NCBI GenBank assembly: GCA_001875345.1
Contig: MIZA01000021.1
Coordinates: 6,222-70,221, forward strand
Direction: 5' to 3'
DNA length: 64,000 nt
Source: Marine Group III euryarchaeote CG-Epi1
GTDB taxonomy: Archaea > Thermoplasmatota > Poseidoniia > MGIII > CG-Epi1
Of this stretch, positions 1-8,925 are shown one piece after another. The translations under genes were made by a program, and so were the position numbers. Position 1 is the first letter of the stretch. Every line of letters begins with the position of its first letter. The notes under the pieces are model-generated. The model was not told the origin of the DNA, ran no database searches, and saw only the letters and a list, made by a program, of their open reading frames with translations.

Positions 1-775
1 TTCAGTATATGTGGATGGAGTAAATCCTTTTGATAATTTTGATCTAAGAAATAAAATTGGGTTTGTTCCAGAATATGATTGCTTTTATGAACATATGAGT
101 GCAGTTGATTACGTTTCGTATTTCTTAATGATCCACGATTTTAGTAAAGAGGAAGCTGTGGAAAAGGCTGAAAATTCATTAATAGAATTGGGATTACAAG
201 ACTCAATGTATCGAAAAATTCGTACATATTCAAGAGGTATGAGGCAAAAAACGAAAGTTGCTAGGGCAACTGCATTCAATCCACAAATTTTAGTTTTAGA
301 TGAACCGTTCCAAGGAGCAGATCCAACAACTAGACACTTACTAATGGAAAAAATTAATTCATGGTCTGAGGAAGGGAAGACTATTTTGATATCCAGTCAT
401 ATTTTACATGATGTTGAGTATTTAACAGACAATATCATATTGATTAATAATGGAAGAGTATTAGCTTCAGGTAACAGACATGAAATACGAAAGTTAATGT
501 CGAATATACCAATTCAAATCAAAATATCCCCTATCGATAAAAATCAATTAAGACCGCTAGTCAAACGTATGCTAGATGAAAAATGGATAACTGCAGGCAG
601 ATTATTAGAAAGCGAAGGTGAAATAATATTAGAAACTAACGAGTCTGAAAAATTTTATACTGAATTCCCACAAATCCTTGAGGATGAAAAAATTATTGTC
701 GAAAAAATAGTCTCTGACGACGACACACTAGACTCGCTATATTCTAAATTAGTGGAGGGAAAACAATGGAAATAA
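1..775 (+). CDS. ABC transporter ATP-binding protein, C-terminal part; gene is 5' truncated by the window edge
   Basis: The reading frame is open from position 2 with no upstream stop. An ABC signature-like YSRGMRQK motif and a Walker B motif (ILVLDEPFQGAD) are present; Walker A must lie upstream of the window. The stop overlaps the start of the downstream permease gene. Confidence 0.7.
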   Translation, partial: SVYVDGVNPFDNFDLRNKIGFVPEYDCFYEHMSAVDYVSYFLMIHDFSKEEAVEKAENSLIELGLQDSMYRKIRTYSRGMRQKTKVARATAFNPQILVLDEPFQGADPTTRHLLMEKINSWSEEGKTILISSHILHDVEYLTDNIILINNGRVLASGNRHEIRKLMSNIPIQIKISPIDKNQLRPLVKRMLDEKWITAGRLLESEGEIILETNESEKFYTEFPQILEDEKIIVEKIVSDDDTLDSLYSKLVEGKQWK

Positions 776-1641
776 GCAAAATGTTCAAACGATTTCCAAC
801 GCTATTTCCTCCAATATTCAAAGATTGCTCATACAGATTAATTACAAACAAATTAACTTGGGTTTTAGTGGCAATCTTGATGTTGCCGTGCGCTCTGGGA
901 TTACTTGTTTATTATGAATTTTCAGGAGATCGTATTTCAGAAGAAGTGAATGGCGAAAAAATATATTACACCAGTAGTGGAGAATTATTACATGAAGATT
1001 TAAGAGTCTTATTTTTGGAAATATCAGAATACTTTGGAATTGGATTTATCGCATTACTTTTAGGTATTATGTTTAGCTCTGAACTAATTAGTGAGGAATA
1101 CAATTTGAAAACCATGCAGATATTAAGGACATCACCAATTCACCCTATAGAAATTTTTACTTACAGGTACATTAGTGGAATTATAACTGGAGTTATCTTA
1201 CTTGGACTATATTCTACAATATTTTACATAATAGTGATGATGGGAGCAGGAATTCATGGAATACTTGAGGAAATCGGGCTTTTAGCTTTAGTGATAAAGA
1301 TAGTAATACTTAACTGGATTGGATTTTTATCCATATTCTGCGCAATAAATGTATACTTTGAAAGACCTTACTTGATATGCTTCATCTACTGGCTGTTTTG
1401 GGAACAAATTATGTCTGGTCAAAATTATCAACAAATTACATTAACACACTATATTAATTCAATAATTTATGACTCACTAACTGAAATGGGATGGAGTGTA
1501 ACTGCTTCTGACTATGGCCTGGTAAATAGTAACAATGATACTATTGCTACAGATCCACTAATCTCTACATTTATCATATTGATTGTTGGAATATCTTTCA
1601 TATTCATTGGATCTAGAGGCATATCTTCGAAACAATTCTAA
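766..1641 (+). CDS. ABC-2 type transporter permease (multi-pass membrane protein)
   Basis: The 291 aa product has about six hydrophobic helices. It overlaps the upstream ATPase by 10 nt, the typical ABC-2 ATPase-permease pair arrangement. Confidence 0.5.
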   Translation: MEISKMFKRFPTLFPPIFKDCSYRLITNKLTWVLVAILMLPCALGLLVYYEFSGDRISEEVNGEKIYYTSSGELLHEDLRVLFLEISEYFGIGFIALLLGIMFSSELISEEYNLKTMQILRTSPIHPIEIFTYRYISGIITGVILLGLYSTIFYIIVMMGAGIHGILEEIGLLALVIKIVILNWIGFLSIFCAINVYFERPYLICFIYWLFWEQIMSGQNYQQITLTHYINSIIYDSLTEMGWSVTASDYGLVNSNNDTIATDPLISTFIILIVGISFIFIGSRGISSKQF

Positions 1642-1644
1642 AGT

Positions 1645-1655
1645 TTTATTAAAAG
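1645..1655 (+). promoter_or_regulatory. Candidate archaeal TATA box for dnaJ (ttttattaaaa), centred about 25 nt upstream of the ATG; leaderless transcript likely
   Basis: An AT-rich TATA-like element sits at the canonical -26 spacing from the start codon. No Shine-Dalgarno-like motif is present. Confidence 0.3.
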
Positions 1656-1674
1656 GCCAAAATAGAGCCATCAA

Positions 1675-2826
1675 ATGGCAAAGAGGGATTACTACGAAGT
1701 TCTGGGAATTGAAAAAGGGGCAGATGAAAGAAGTATCAAAAAAGCATACAGGAAATTAGCAAGAAAACATCATCCTGATGCAAGTGATGAAAGCCCCGAA
1801 GTAGCCGAAAAGAAATTCAAAGAAATCTCTGAAGCTTATGAAGTATTAGCTGACAGTGAAAAAAGAGGCAGGTACGATCAGTTCGGACATGATGGTGTAG
1901 ATTTCGGCGGAGGAGGATTCTCATGGGATCAGTTCAGTCACCAAGGTGATATATCGGATTTATTTGGTCAACTCTTTGGTGGAAGGCAAGGGGGAGGTGG
2001 TGGAATGGGAAGTATCTTTTCACAGCTTTTTGGTGGAGGACAAAGCCAACCAAATAATAGAGGAAATGATCTAAGATATGACATTACATTAGATCTTAAA
2101 GAAGCATTCACAGGCATAGAAAAAGAAATTACCATACCTAGAGAAGATTCATGTAAAACATGTAACGGTTCTGGAGCTGCTAAAGGAGGAACTGCAAAAA
2201 CATGTGTTACTTGTGCCGGCCAAGGGATTGTAAGGAAAGTAATGCAAAGAGGATTTATGCAAACAGTTTCTACAGATACATGTTCTGATTGTAGGGGAAC
2301 TGGAAGTGTTATAGACAAACCTTGCAAAGATTGCAAAGGATCAGGTATTGTATCCGTTGACAAAAAGATAAAGCTGAAAATTCCTGCCGGAGCTGATGAT
2401 GGCTACAGATTAAGAATGCGAGGGCAAGGAAGCGCGGGCCCAAATAATGGACCAAAAGGTGACTTGTACATAGTTGTAAATGTAAAAAGACATGAAATAT
2501 TTCAAAGACAAGACAATGAAATTATCTTAGATTTAGATATAAGTCCCTCACAAGCTGTACTTGGTGACAGCATAAGAGTACCTACTTTAGCAGGAAATGT
2601 GAAGCTAAGTATTCCATCGGGAACACAATCAGGGGATGTTCTTAGACTAAAAGGAAAAGGAATGCCAGATATTACAAGGCCTTCAATTAAAGGAAGCCAA
2701 CATGTCAGGATAAATATAAAAGTACCAAAACCTAATGGTAAAACAAGAAAACTTTGGGAAGAGTTAAAGAAACTAGACTCAACAAAACCATCTTTCTTAG
2801 ATAGAATGAGGGATACATTTGGCTGA
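1675..2826 (+). CDS. dnaJ: Molecular chaperone DnaJ (Hsp40), type I
   Basis: An N-terminal J domain carries the HPD motif (KLARKHHPD). A Gly/Phe-rich linker follows, then four CxxCxGxG zinc-finger repeats (CKTCNGSG, CVTCAGQG, CSDCRGTG, CKDCKGSG) and a C-terminal substrate-binding domain. Confidence 0.92.
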   Translation: MAKRDYYEVLGIEKGADERSIKKAYRKLARKHHPDASDESPEVAEKKFKEISEAYEVLADSEKRGRYDQFGHDGVDFGGGGFSWDQFSHQGDISDLFGQLFGGRQGGGGGMGSIFSQLFGGGQSQPNNRGNDLRYDITLDLKEAFTGIEKEITIPREDSCKTCNGSGAAKGGTAKTCVTCAGQGIVRKVMQRGFMQTVSTDTCSDCRGTGSVIDKPCKDCKGSGIVSVDKKIKLKIPAGADDGYRLRMRGQGSAGPNNGPKGDLYIVVNVKRHEIFQRQDNEIILDLDISPSQAVLGDSIRVPTLAGNVKLSIPSGTQSGDVLRLKGKGMPDITRPSIKGSQHVRINIKVPKPNGKTRKLWEELKKLDSTKPSFLDRMRDTFG

Positions 2827-3838
2827 AGACGAAGATTACGAACAAGATAGTGAAGCATATCGCAAATGGAGGAGTGGTGAAGATAATGACAGATATGCAT
2901 CATCGAAAACTCCTTCAGAAACAGGAGCAAGGAGTGGAAGCTATACTACCCCTAAGTCTGAAAACGATGAATATACTCCTCCGGATGAGGATGATAATTC
3001 TGAGAAACTACCCTGGTATGTTTGGGCGTTTCTTATTATTACAACTATTCCTTTTCTTATTGTTGCAATTGGTTCTGCTGACTTCCAATTTGGTGACGGA
3101 GGATCAGATGGGAAAAATCCTAGTGAATGGCCTTCTGTTGAAGGAACTATAGAATATACACGCGTTGAAGATAAATTCATAACCGAAGAATATTGTGAAG
3201 ACAGAAATGATGATGGATATTTTGACGACGATGAATGCTGGAAAGACTTTGTTTACGTCGCTGAAGTATCTTACATCTACACTGTCGAAAATACGAGTGA
3301 TTTAAATGGCCAAGAAGGTTGTGAAGATTGTTCCTTTGGAGAAATAGTGGAATTATGGGAAAGTCACTGGGTAGACGTTCTAAAGAGAGAGGGAGAAGAT
3401 AAATTATTCCAAGAATTTATCAATGCAACGGATGAGCGCTTGGCAGTTAACTCTACAGTGAAAATATTTTACAATCCCGAGAACGCCGGCGAGGCATATA
3501 GTGAATTTGGAGAATATTATGAAGACACTGAGAGTGCATTTTTCCTCATGGGCATTGGTGCAATCTGTTGTTTTTCAATAGTTTTCATTGGTATTTTTAT
3601 AGGAACTGCTCAGCGAATTAGCAGTATGCGTGAAGATTACGAACTAAATCGTAGGGGTTCTTTTGGAGTATTTGGATCCGATAACAACCGTAATGGAGGA
3701 AGAAATAGTCGAGCCGTCAGAAGAAGTGGAGGAAGTAGCCGCAGCGGCGGTGGAGGAAGAAGTGGTAGCAGAAGCCGAGGCGGTGGCGGCCGAAGTAGCG
3801 GTGGAAGCCGAAGCGGTGGCGGTGGCCGAAGGCGTTGA
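2819..3838 (+). CDS. Hypothetical membrane protein: acidic N-terminus, two TM helices flanking an acidic Cys-containing domain, C-terminal Arg/Gly/Ser-rich (RGG/RSGG) tail
   Basis: A TTG start overlaps the dnaJ stop, and the stop overlaps the next gene's start (TTGA), so the three genes are translationally coupled. TM helices are WYVWAFLIITTIPFLIVAIGSA and FFLMGIGAICCFSIVFIGIFIG. The tail is GGRNSRAVRRSGGSSRSGGGGRSGSRSRGGGGRSSGGSRSGGGGRRR. The tail is encoded by a locally GC-rich tract that also produces spurious Ala/Ser-rich antisense ORFs. Confidence 0.5.
   Translation: MAEDEDYEQDSEAYRKWRSGEDNDRYASSKTPSETGARSGSYTTPKSENDEYTPPDEDDNSEKLPWYVWAFLIITTIPFLIVAIGSADFQFGDGGSDGKNPSEWPSVEGTIEYTRVEDKFITEEYCEDRNDDGYFDDDECWKDFVYVAEVSYIYTVENTSDLNGQEGCEDCSFGEIVELWESHWVDVLKREGEDKLFQEFINATDERLAVNSTVKIFYNPENAGEAYSEFGEYYEDTESAFFLMGIGAICCFSIVFIGIFIGTAQRISSMREDYELNRRGSFGVFGSDNNRNGGRNSRAVRRSGGSSRSGGGGRSGSRSRGGGGRSSGGSRSGGGGRRR
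3655..3838 (+). repeat. GC-rich low-complexity tract (ggcggtgg / agccg repeats) encoding the RGG tail
   Basis: The tract has a locally high GC content against the AT-rich background. It consists of imperfect short tandem repeats of gcggtggcgg and gaagccga. Confidence 0.6.
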
Positions 3839-4902
3839 AACTTGACATTGACGATGATATCCGCAAGGCAAAAACAATACCCTCAAAATTTTATCATAGC
3901 CCTAAAGTTTATAGAAAACTTAAAAAAATATTCAACCGAAGTTGGCAATTTGTAGGAGATACTGATCTCTTAGAAAAAAATAACGTACATCCTGATATTT
4001 TGTTAGAAGGAATGGTTGATGAACCGTATGTATTAACAAAAGATGGAAAAAATATCAGATGTTTATCTAATGTTTGTACACACAGAGGTACAATTGTTTG
4101 CGAAAAAGCTACAAAAACTAAGAATTTAGTCTGTGGTTATCACGGTAGACAATTCCACATTGATGGAAAAATGAAATTTATGCCTGAATTCGAAGATGTA
4201 GAAAATTTCCCATCTAAATCTGATAATTTGCCTCGCATTGAAATGGATTTGTGGAAAAAAATGATATTCATAATTAATGATAAAAAATGTGATATTAGCG
4301 AATTAATAGGGCCAATGATTGAAAGGCTGTCTTGGCTACCAATAGAGGAATTCAAATACAAACCAGAAATGTCAAGAATATACAATGTAAAGGCTAATTG
4401 GGCACTCTACTGTGACAATTATCTCGAAGGCTTCCACATTCCATTTGTTCATAAAGACTTGAACCAAACATTAGAGTACGATGAATATTTTACAGAAGGT
4501 ATTGATAACACTGTTTTACAAATAGGAATAGGCAAAGACAATGAAAACACATTTGAACTACCTAAAAATCATCAAGATTATGGTAAAAATGTGGCTGCCT
4601 ACTATTTCTTTCTTTTCCCCAATATGATGTTTAATTTTTATCCATGGGGGCTTTCTGTAAATGTAGTCAAACCAAAATCCCCGGAAGAAACCCAAATCGA
4701 GTACTTTACTTATGTTTGGAAAGAAGAATTGATGGAAAAAGGGGCTGGAAGTGGATTAGATAAAGTCGAATTAGAAGACGAAGAGATAGTTGAATCTGTT
4801 CAAAAAGGAATTAAGTCAAAAGCTTACGACAGAGGAAGGTACTCACCGAGAAGAGAAATTGGCGTTCATTATTTTCATAAATTAATACAAAAGTATTATT
4901 GA
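3835..4902 (+). CDS. Rieske [2Fe-2S] non-heme iron oxygenase, alpha-subunit-like (choline monooxygenase / aromatic ring-hydroxylating family)
   Basis: The Rieske motifs are CTHRG...CGYHG, 19 residues apart. The catalytic domain carries NWALYCDNYLEGFHIPFVH, a mononuclear-iron His region. The start is probably TTG at 3835, which is uncertain. Confidence 0.75.
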   Translation: MKLDIDDDIRKAKTIPSKFYHSPKVYRKLKKIFNRSWQFVGDTDLLEKNNVHPDILLEGMVDEPYVLTKDGKNIRCLSNVCTHRGTIVCEKATKTKNLVCGYHGRQFHIDGKMKFMPEFEDVENFPSKSDNLPRIEMDLWKKMIFIINDKKCDISELIGPMIERLSWLPIEEFKYKPEMSRIYNVKANWALYCDNYLEGFHIPFVHKDLNQTLEYDEYFTEGIDNTVLQIGIGKDNENTFELPKNHQDYGKNVAAYYFFLFPNMMFNFYPWGLSVNVVKPKSPEETQIEYFTYVWKEELMEKGAGSGLDKVELEDEEIVESVQKGIKSKAYDRGRYSPRREIGVHYFHKLIQKYY

Positions 4903-4904
4903 TT

Positions 4905-6191
4905 CTAACGACGTTTAAACATCCTAAATTCCATAAGTCTATCTACTAAATAAATTGAACCAGGATATTTTTTAGGAATTCTAAGACTTAAAAATGGAAT
5001 AGTTCCTATGCTTCTGCCTATTCCAGAAATGATAAATATTGTGAAAATAGCTTTCCAAGTATCGTTGTAAAAATCTTCAAGGTAGCCGGCCATATATCCT
5101 CCAATAAGTGCTCCAACGAAGGTAGTTATTCCAACACGAGTATTGTAATAACTAAAGTATGCTGCCCTTTCTTTGTTAGGTGCAAGATCTAGAACCATTG
5201 CGTTAGAAGTTATCAAGAATGCACTGAAACATGGACCTAGAATAACTATTTGAAGAAGAATCATAACTTCGATAATAGGGAAAAAAGCATAAATGAAAGG
5301 CAAGATAGCAAACCCTATCCTACTCATAATTAGAACAGGTAGCGGCCCAACTCTGTCAACTAATCGGCCCATAATTGGCTGAAAAGCCATTTCGGATACT
5401 GCGCCAACTAGACTGAAAGCAACTAATACAATATTGTCGACTTCAAGAACCTCAATCAAAATCATAGCAAATAGGGGCCAAATCAGAGACATATTCAAAG
5501 CGTAAAAGGCCTGTGCACGAACGTAACTTTGAAAAGTGTTAGAATATTCTTTCTTTGCAGTTTCTGATAGCACTAAATCTTTTGTTTTTTCAGGATCTCT
5601 GTAAGGAACTCTGATTAATATTAGACCTCCAACGAATGTAGCTACTGCCGCGAAAGTAAATAATGGCCTAAACGGTTCCGCTGAATTTGAACCGTCAGTA
5701 TAAACTGAATAAACTGCAATTAGTGAACCTACTAAACCAAGCAAACCACCTATAACATGGAATTTGCTTAGTGTACTTCCTCTCTTGGAGGGATTCATCC
5801 AATCTCCCTGTAAAGCAGCCCAAGTCGGATTGATAATTGATAACGAAACTGAATAGATTACTACAAGGAATAACATTTCGTTTGGATCATTAACCGTTGA
5901 GAGTAAATACAAGGAAATAGCTCCAAATATTGAACCTCCTATAATCCAATAAGTCCTTATAGATTTAGTATCTGAAACCCAACCCCAGAAATATTGTAGA
6001 GCGTTTGGTAAAAGATTCATCAATGATTGAATCCAAGCAATTTGCTCAAATGAAGCTCCCAATCGTACAGCATAATAACTCAAATATGGCATAGAGATAT
6101 CATTAGCAAATGAACTTGTGGCATGGTATGCATATAATTCAGTTGGAGGCTCTATTTCCTCGCTATTATTGTCTGTACTCAATAATTTCAA
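4905..6191 (-). CDS. Major facilitator superfamily (MFS) transporter
   Basis: The 428 aa product has about 12 predicted hydrophobic helices in two 6-helix halves. Confidence 0.65.
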   Translation of the reverse strand: MKLLSTDNNSEEIEPPTELYAYHATSSFANDISMPYLSYYAVRLGASFEQIAWIQSLMNLLPNALQYFWGWVSDTKSIRTYWIIGGSIFGAISLYLLSTVNDPNEMLFLVVIYSVSLSIINPTWAALQGDWMNPSKRGSTLSKFHVIGGLLGLVGSLIAVYSVYTDGSNSAEPFRPLFTFAAVATFVGGLILIRVPYRDPEKTKDLVLSETAKKEYSNTFQSYVRAQAFYALNMSLIWPLFAMILIEVLEVDNIVLVAFSLVGAVSEMAFQPIMGRLVDRVGPLPVLIMSRIGFAILPFIYAFFPIIEVMILLQIVILGPCFSAFLITSNAMVLDLAPNKERAAYFSYYNTRVGITTFVGALIGGYMAGYLEDFYNDTWKAIFTIFIISGIGRSIGTIPFLSLRIPKKYPGSIYLVDRLMEFRMFKRR

Positions 6192-6273
6192 CTGCAGTTA
6201 TGCAATATAACATTACGCACTGCATTTATGCACTAGAGAAAAATCATTTAAATACAATTGAAAAGGGGCGTTA

Positions 6274-6636
6274 GTGCCGGGCATAACCAAACTAATCGGA
6301 ATTTACGACGCAGATGGGGGAATTTTTGGTGAAATTAAATATTTTGCTGGAAAAATTTTCTCAAACAAGCATTGCTCTCTTTGCGACATCACACATGGTA
6401 AATCGAAGAAGGAATGGGCTGCTTGTGAGAAAAGATTACCCATAACCATTGATTTTATCCATCTCAACGAAAGAAATTCTGCAATTGAAAAGTATACCAA
6501 AGGAGTCACTCCTTGCGTTATTGGAAAAACTGCCACAGGGTATGTTACTGTAGTTACTAAAAATGAAATGATTGAATGTGAAGGCAATGCAGAAAAATTT
6601 GAAGCTTTGATAAAACAAAAGTTACAAAATCAATAG
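6274..6636 (+). CDS. Small hypothetical protein with CxxC motif (possible thiol-disulfide / DCC-like fold)
   Basis: The 120 aa product carries GIYDADGG...CSLCDITHG and three further Cys. A TATA-like tttaaata lies about 24 nt upstream. Confidence 0.4.
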   Translation: MPGITKLIGIYDADGGIFGEIKYFAGKIFSNKHCSLCDITHGKSKKEWAACEKRLPITIDFIHLNERNSAIEKYTKGVTPCVIGKTATGYVTVVTKNEMIECEGNAEKFEALIKQKLQNQ

Positions 6637-6670
6637 TATGACTATTATAGCCCATTGAGAAAGGCATATT

Positions 6671-8068
6671 GTGGCTGAACAAAAAGAATCTCGCCTGAAC
6701 GAATTCTTAGAAAATCCTGAACGTTCACTTTGGTCTATTGCAATTCCAGTTATTGCTGGTATGGCTATACAGACTTTCTATTCAATAGTTGATATGCTGT
6801 TCATTGGCCAGTTAGGTGGAAGTTCGATTGCAGCAGTTGCATTCAACATGCCCCTTTACTTCTTCGTTATGGGAATTACATTTGGAATTGGTACAGGAAT
6901 TACAGCTACAATAGCTAGGGCTATTGGAGAAGAAGATAAAGAAAAAGCTGATAATGCTGCAAAGCACGGTTTATTGATTGCGCTTTTTATGGGAGTTACT
7001 TTAACATTCTTTGGCTTATTAACTGGTAAAAAAGTTCTTTCAATGTTGGGGTCGCCCGAAGAGCTGATTGACGAATCATGGAGCTATCTCAGAGTTACTT
7101 GCTATGGGATGATGTTTATTGTGTTTTCAATTGTATTCCGATCTATACTAGCTGGTGAAGGTGATATGAAATTCCCAGTAATGGTAGCTGCTACAGGAAC
7201 AATCTTGAATATTATTTTAGATCCTATTTTTATTTTTGACTTAGACGAATACGGAGGATTTGGATTAGGCATGGGTGTGAAAGGAGCTGCAGCTGCAAGC
7301 GTAGTTTCCCAAATGATAGTATTTTTTATTTTCATATTTATGCTATTCTTCAAAGATCATGCGTATATCTCATTTGATATGCAAAATTTTACCTTTTCAA
7401 AGGAGGTTATGAAAGAAATTTTAGTTGTTGGTATTCCTTCCTCAATATCAATGATTATTATGTCATTTGGACAAGGTGTCTTTAATTATATTTTAATAAT
7501 TGGATATGGCCCTGACGCTGTAGCTGCATACACTATATCTGGAAGGTTGGATATGCTAATGTTTCTTCCAATAATGGGAATTGCTACAGGCCTAGTTACT
7601 ACTGTGGGAATGTTTGCTGGGGCAAAAAGATTTGACAAAGTAAAAAGTATTATTATTTACGCAATTTCAAGAGCATTCGTTATAGTTGCAATTGCTTCAA
7701 CCATTGTATACTTGCTTGCACCAAGCATCATTAGTCTATTCACAGATGATGAAAATATCAAGAATATTGGAGTAAGTGCATTGAGAACATTGTGCTTTAC
7801 ATATCCATTTGTTGGAATTGCAATGCCTTGCGGTAGAATTATGCAGGGATTAGGTCAGGGAATACCAGTTCTAGTAATTACAGCATTGAGAGTTTTACTT
7901 GTTTCGGCACCTCTAGCTTATTATTTTGCAATTATTGATTCTAGAGACATTGTGTGGGTGTGGTATTCCATTGCCATTTCTGTTAGTGTGTCTGCTATAG
8001 TTGGCCCCCTATGGGTTAGAAAAACCATTAATGAAATGGAAAGCTCAAATGAAAGTCTTACCAACTAG
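6671..8068 (+). CDS. MATE family efflux transporter
   Basis: The 465 aa product has about 12 TM helices, arranged as two 6-helix repeats typical of MATE/MOP transporters. It uses a GTG start. Confidence 0.65.
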   Translation: MAEQKESRLNEFLENPERSLWSIAIPVIAGMAIQTFYSIVDMLFIGQLGGSSIAAVAFNMPLYFFVMGITFGIGTGITATIARAIGEEDKEKADNAAKHGLLIALFMGVTLTFFGLLTGKKVLSMLGSPEELIDESWSYLRVTCYGMMFIVFSIVFRSILAGEGDMKFPVMVAATGTILNIILDPIFIFDLDEYGGFGLGMGVKGAAAASVVSQMIVFFIFIFMLFFKDHAYISFDMQNFTFSKEVMKEILVVGIPSSISMIIMSFGQGVFNYILIIGYGPDAVAAYTISGRLDMLMFLPIMGIATGLVTTVGMFAGAKRFDKVKSIIIYAISRAFVIVAIASTIVYLLAPSIISLFTDDENIKNIGVSALRTLCFTYPFVGIAMPCGRIMQGLGQGIPVLVITALRVLLVSAPLAYYFAIIDSRDIVWVWYSIAISVSVSAIVGPLWVRKTINEMESSNESLTN

Positions 8069-8656
8069 AGCTAATGCCAAAAAGAAAAGAACTAAACCTA
8101 TTACACGATCTATAATTACTGAATTGGAGCGTAACGTATCAATCAGCGGAGTGCCTGCAAGAACGGCTGCAACTAAAACATACCAGATAGTATCTATAAG
8201 TCCTGCTAAAATTGCCATGATTATTCTTTCCATTTGATTCATTTCGGGATCAATGAATTGACTAAAGACAGCTACCAGAAATACTAAAATCTTAGGATTT
8301 AAAAAAGATATCAAGAAACCCTCGATGAAACCTTTACGTCCGCTAATTTCATGACTTTCATTAGCGTTTGAAGGAATATAAGTGAGCATATTGTAAGATA
8401 ACCAAAGCAAGACTAGAGCTCCGCTCCACTGCAAGAATAAAAATGTTGAATCATGAGCTAGTAGAAGAGCTGAAAGTCCTGTGACAGCAACTAAAGCATA
8501 AAGTCCAAAACCAATCCCGTGACCAATGCCGGTCATAATGCCTTGTAACCTTCCACCGGAAATTGTATTTCTCAAAACCACGGCAAGGCTAGGTCCCGGC
8601 GACATTGCTCCCATTGCGCAAACAATTGATAAAGCCAGAAGAGAAGTCAAATCCAT
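8045..8656 (-). CDS. LysE/RhtB family amino-acid exporter
   Basis: The 203 aa product has 6 TM helices. The N-terminal SPGPSLAVVLRNTISGGRLQGIMTGIGHGIG motif is characteristic of LysE-type translocators. The gene is convergent with the MATE gene, overlapping it by 24 nt. Confidence 0.75.
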   Translation of the reverse strand: MDLTSLLALSIVCAMGAMSPGPSLAVVLRNTISGGRLQGIMTGIGHGIGFGLYALVAVTGLSALLLAHDSTFLFLQWSGALVLLWLSYNMLTYIPSNANESHEISGRKGFIEGFLISFLNPKILVFLVAVFSQFIDPEMNQMERIIMAILAGLIDTIWYVLVAAVLAGTPLIDTLRSNSVIIDRVIGLVLFFLALALVGKTFI

Positions 8657-8662
8657 TACTAT

Positions 8663-8920
8663 CTATTTTCTCCTAAATTTTATCAATGTTGAACCTAACC
8701 CCTTATCGGATAATTTAAGTTTACAAATTTCAGGATATATCCGTTTTATATCTCTCTGCAAGCCATTTTCACGTTGGACGTAATCTTTGATGACAGTCCC
8801 TAAATTATGACCATGAACTAGTTCAATAGAAGGTTGCGAAGATTCCCAAGCTTCAGCAACCGCAATCTGTGATTTTAACTTAGCATCTGATAGAGGTAGA
8901 CCGTGAAGATCAACCCGCAT
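8663..8920 (-). CDS. Stand-alone Smr (small MutS-related) domain protein
   Basis: The 85 aa product contains VDLHGL ... LVHGHNLG, the hallmark motifs of the Smr domain. Confidence 0.6.
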   Translation of the reverse strand: MRVDLHGLPLSDAKLKSQIAVAEAWESSQPSIELVHGHNLGTVIKDYVQRENGLQRDIKRIYPEICKLKLSDKGLGSTLIKFRRK

Positions 8921-8925
8921 TTAGC

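Noticed and set aside
1968-3180. ORF-track entries 1968-2363(-), 2502-2930(-), 2850-3152(+), 2941-3180(-)
   Set aside because: They are antisense or alternative-frame shadows inside dnaJ and the RGG-protein gene. Their compositions are low-complexity Pro/Leu/Ser-rich, and no motifs were found.
3644-3886. ORFs 3644-3886(-) and 3663-3845(+) with poly-Ala/Ser/Thr or Glu/Val/Ala sequences
   Set aside because: They are artefacts of the GC-rich gcggtggcgg repeat that encodes the RGG tail in the real frame. The repeat is ORF-permissive in all frames.
8001-8237. 78 aa ORF spanning the MATE end and the LysE start
   Set aside because: It overlaps the 3' end of the MATE gene and lies antisense to the LysE exporter N-terminus. 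Its K/R-rich composition is typical of frame shadows.
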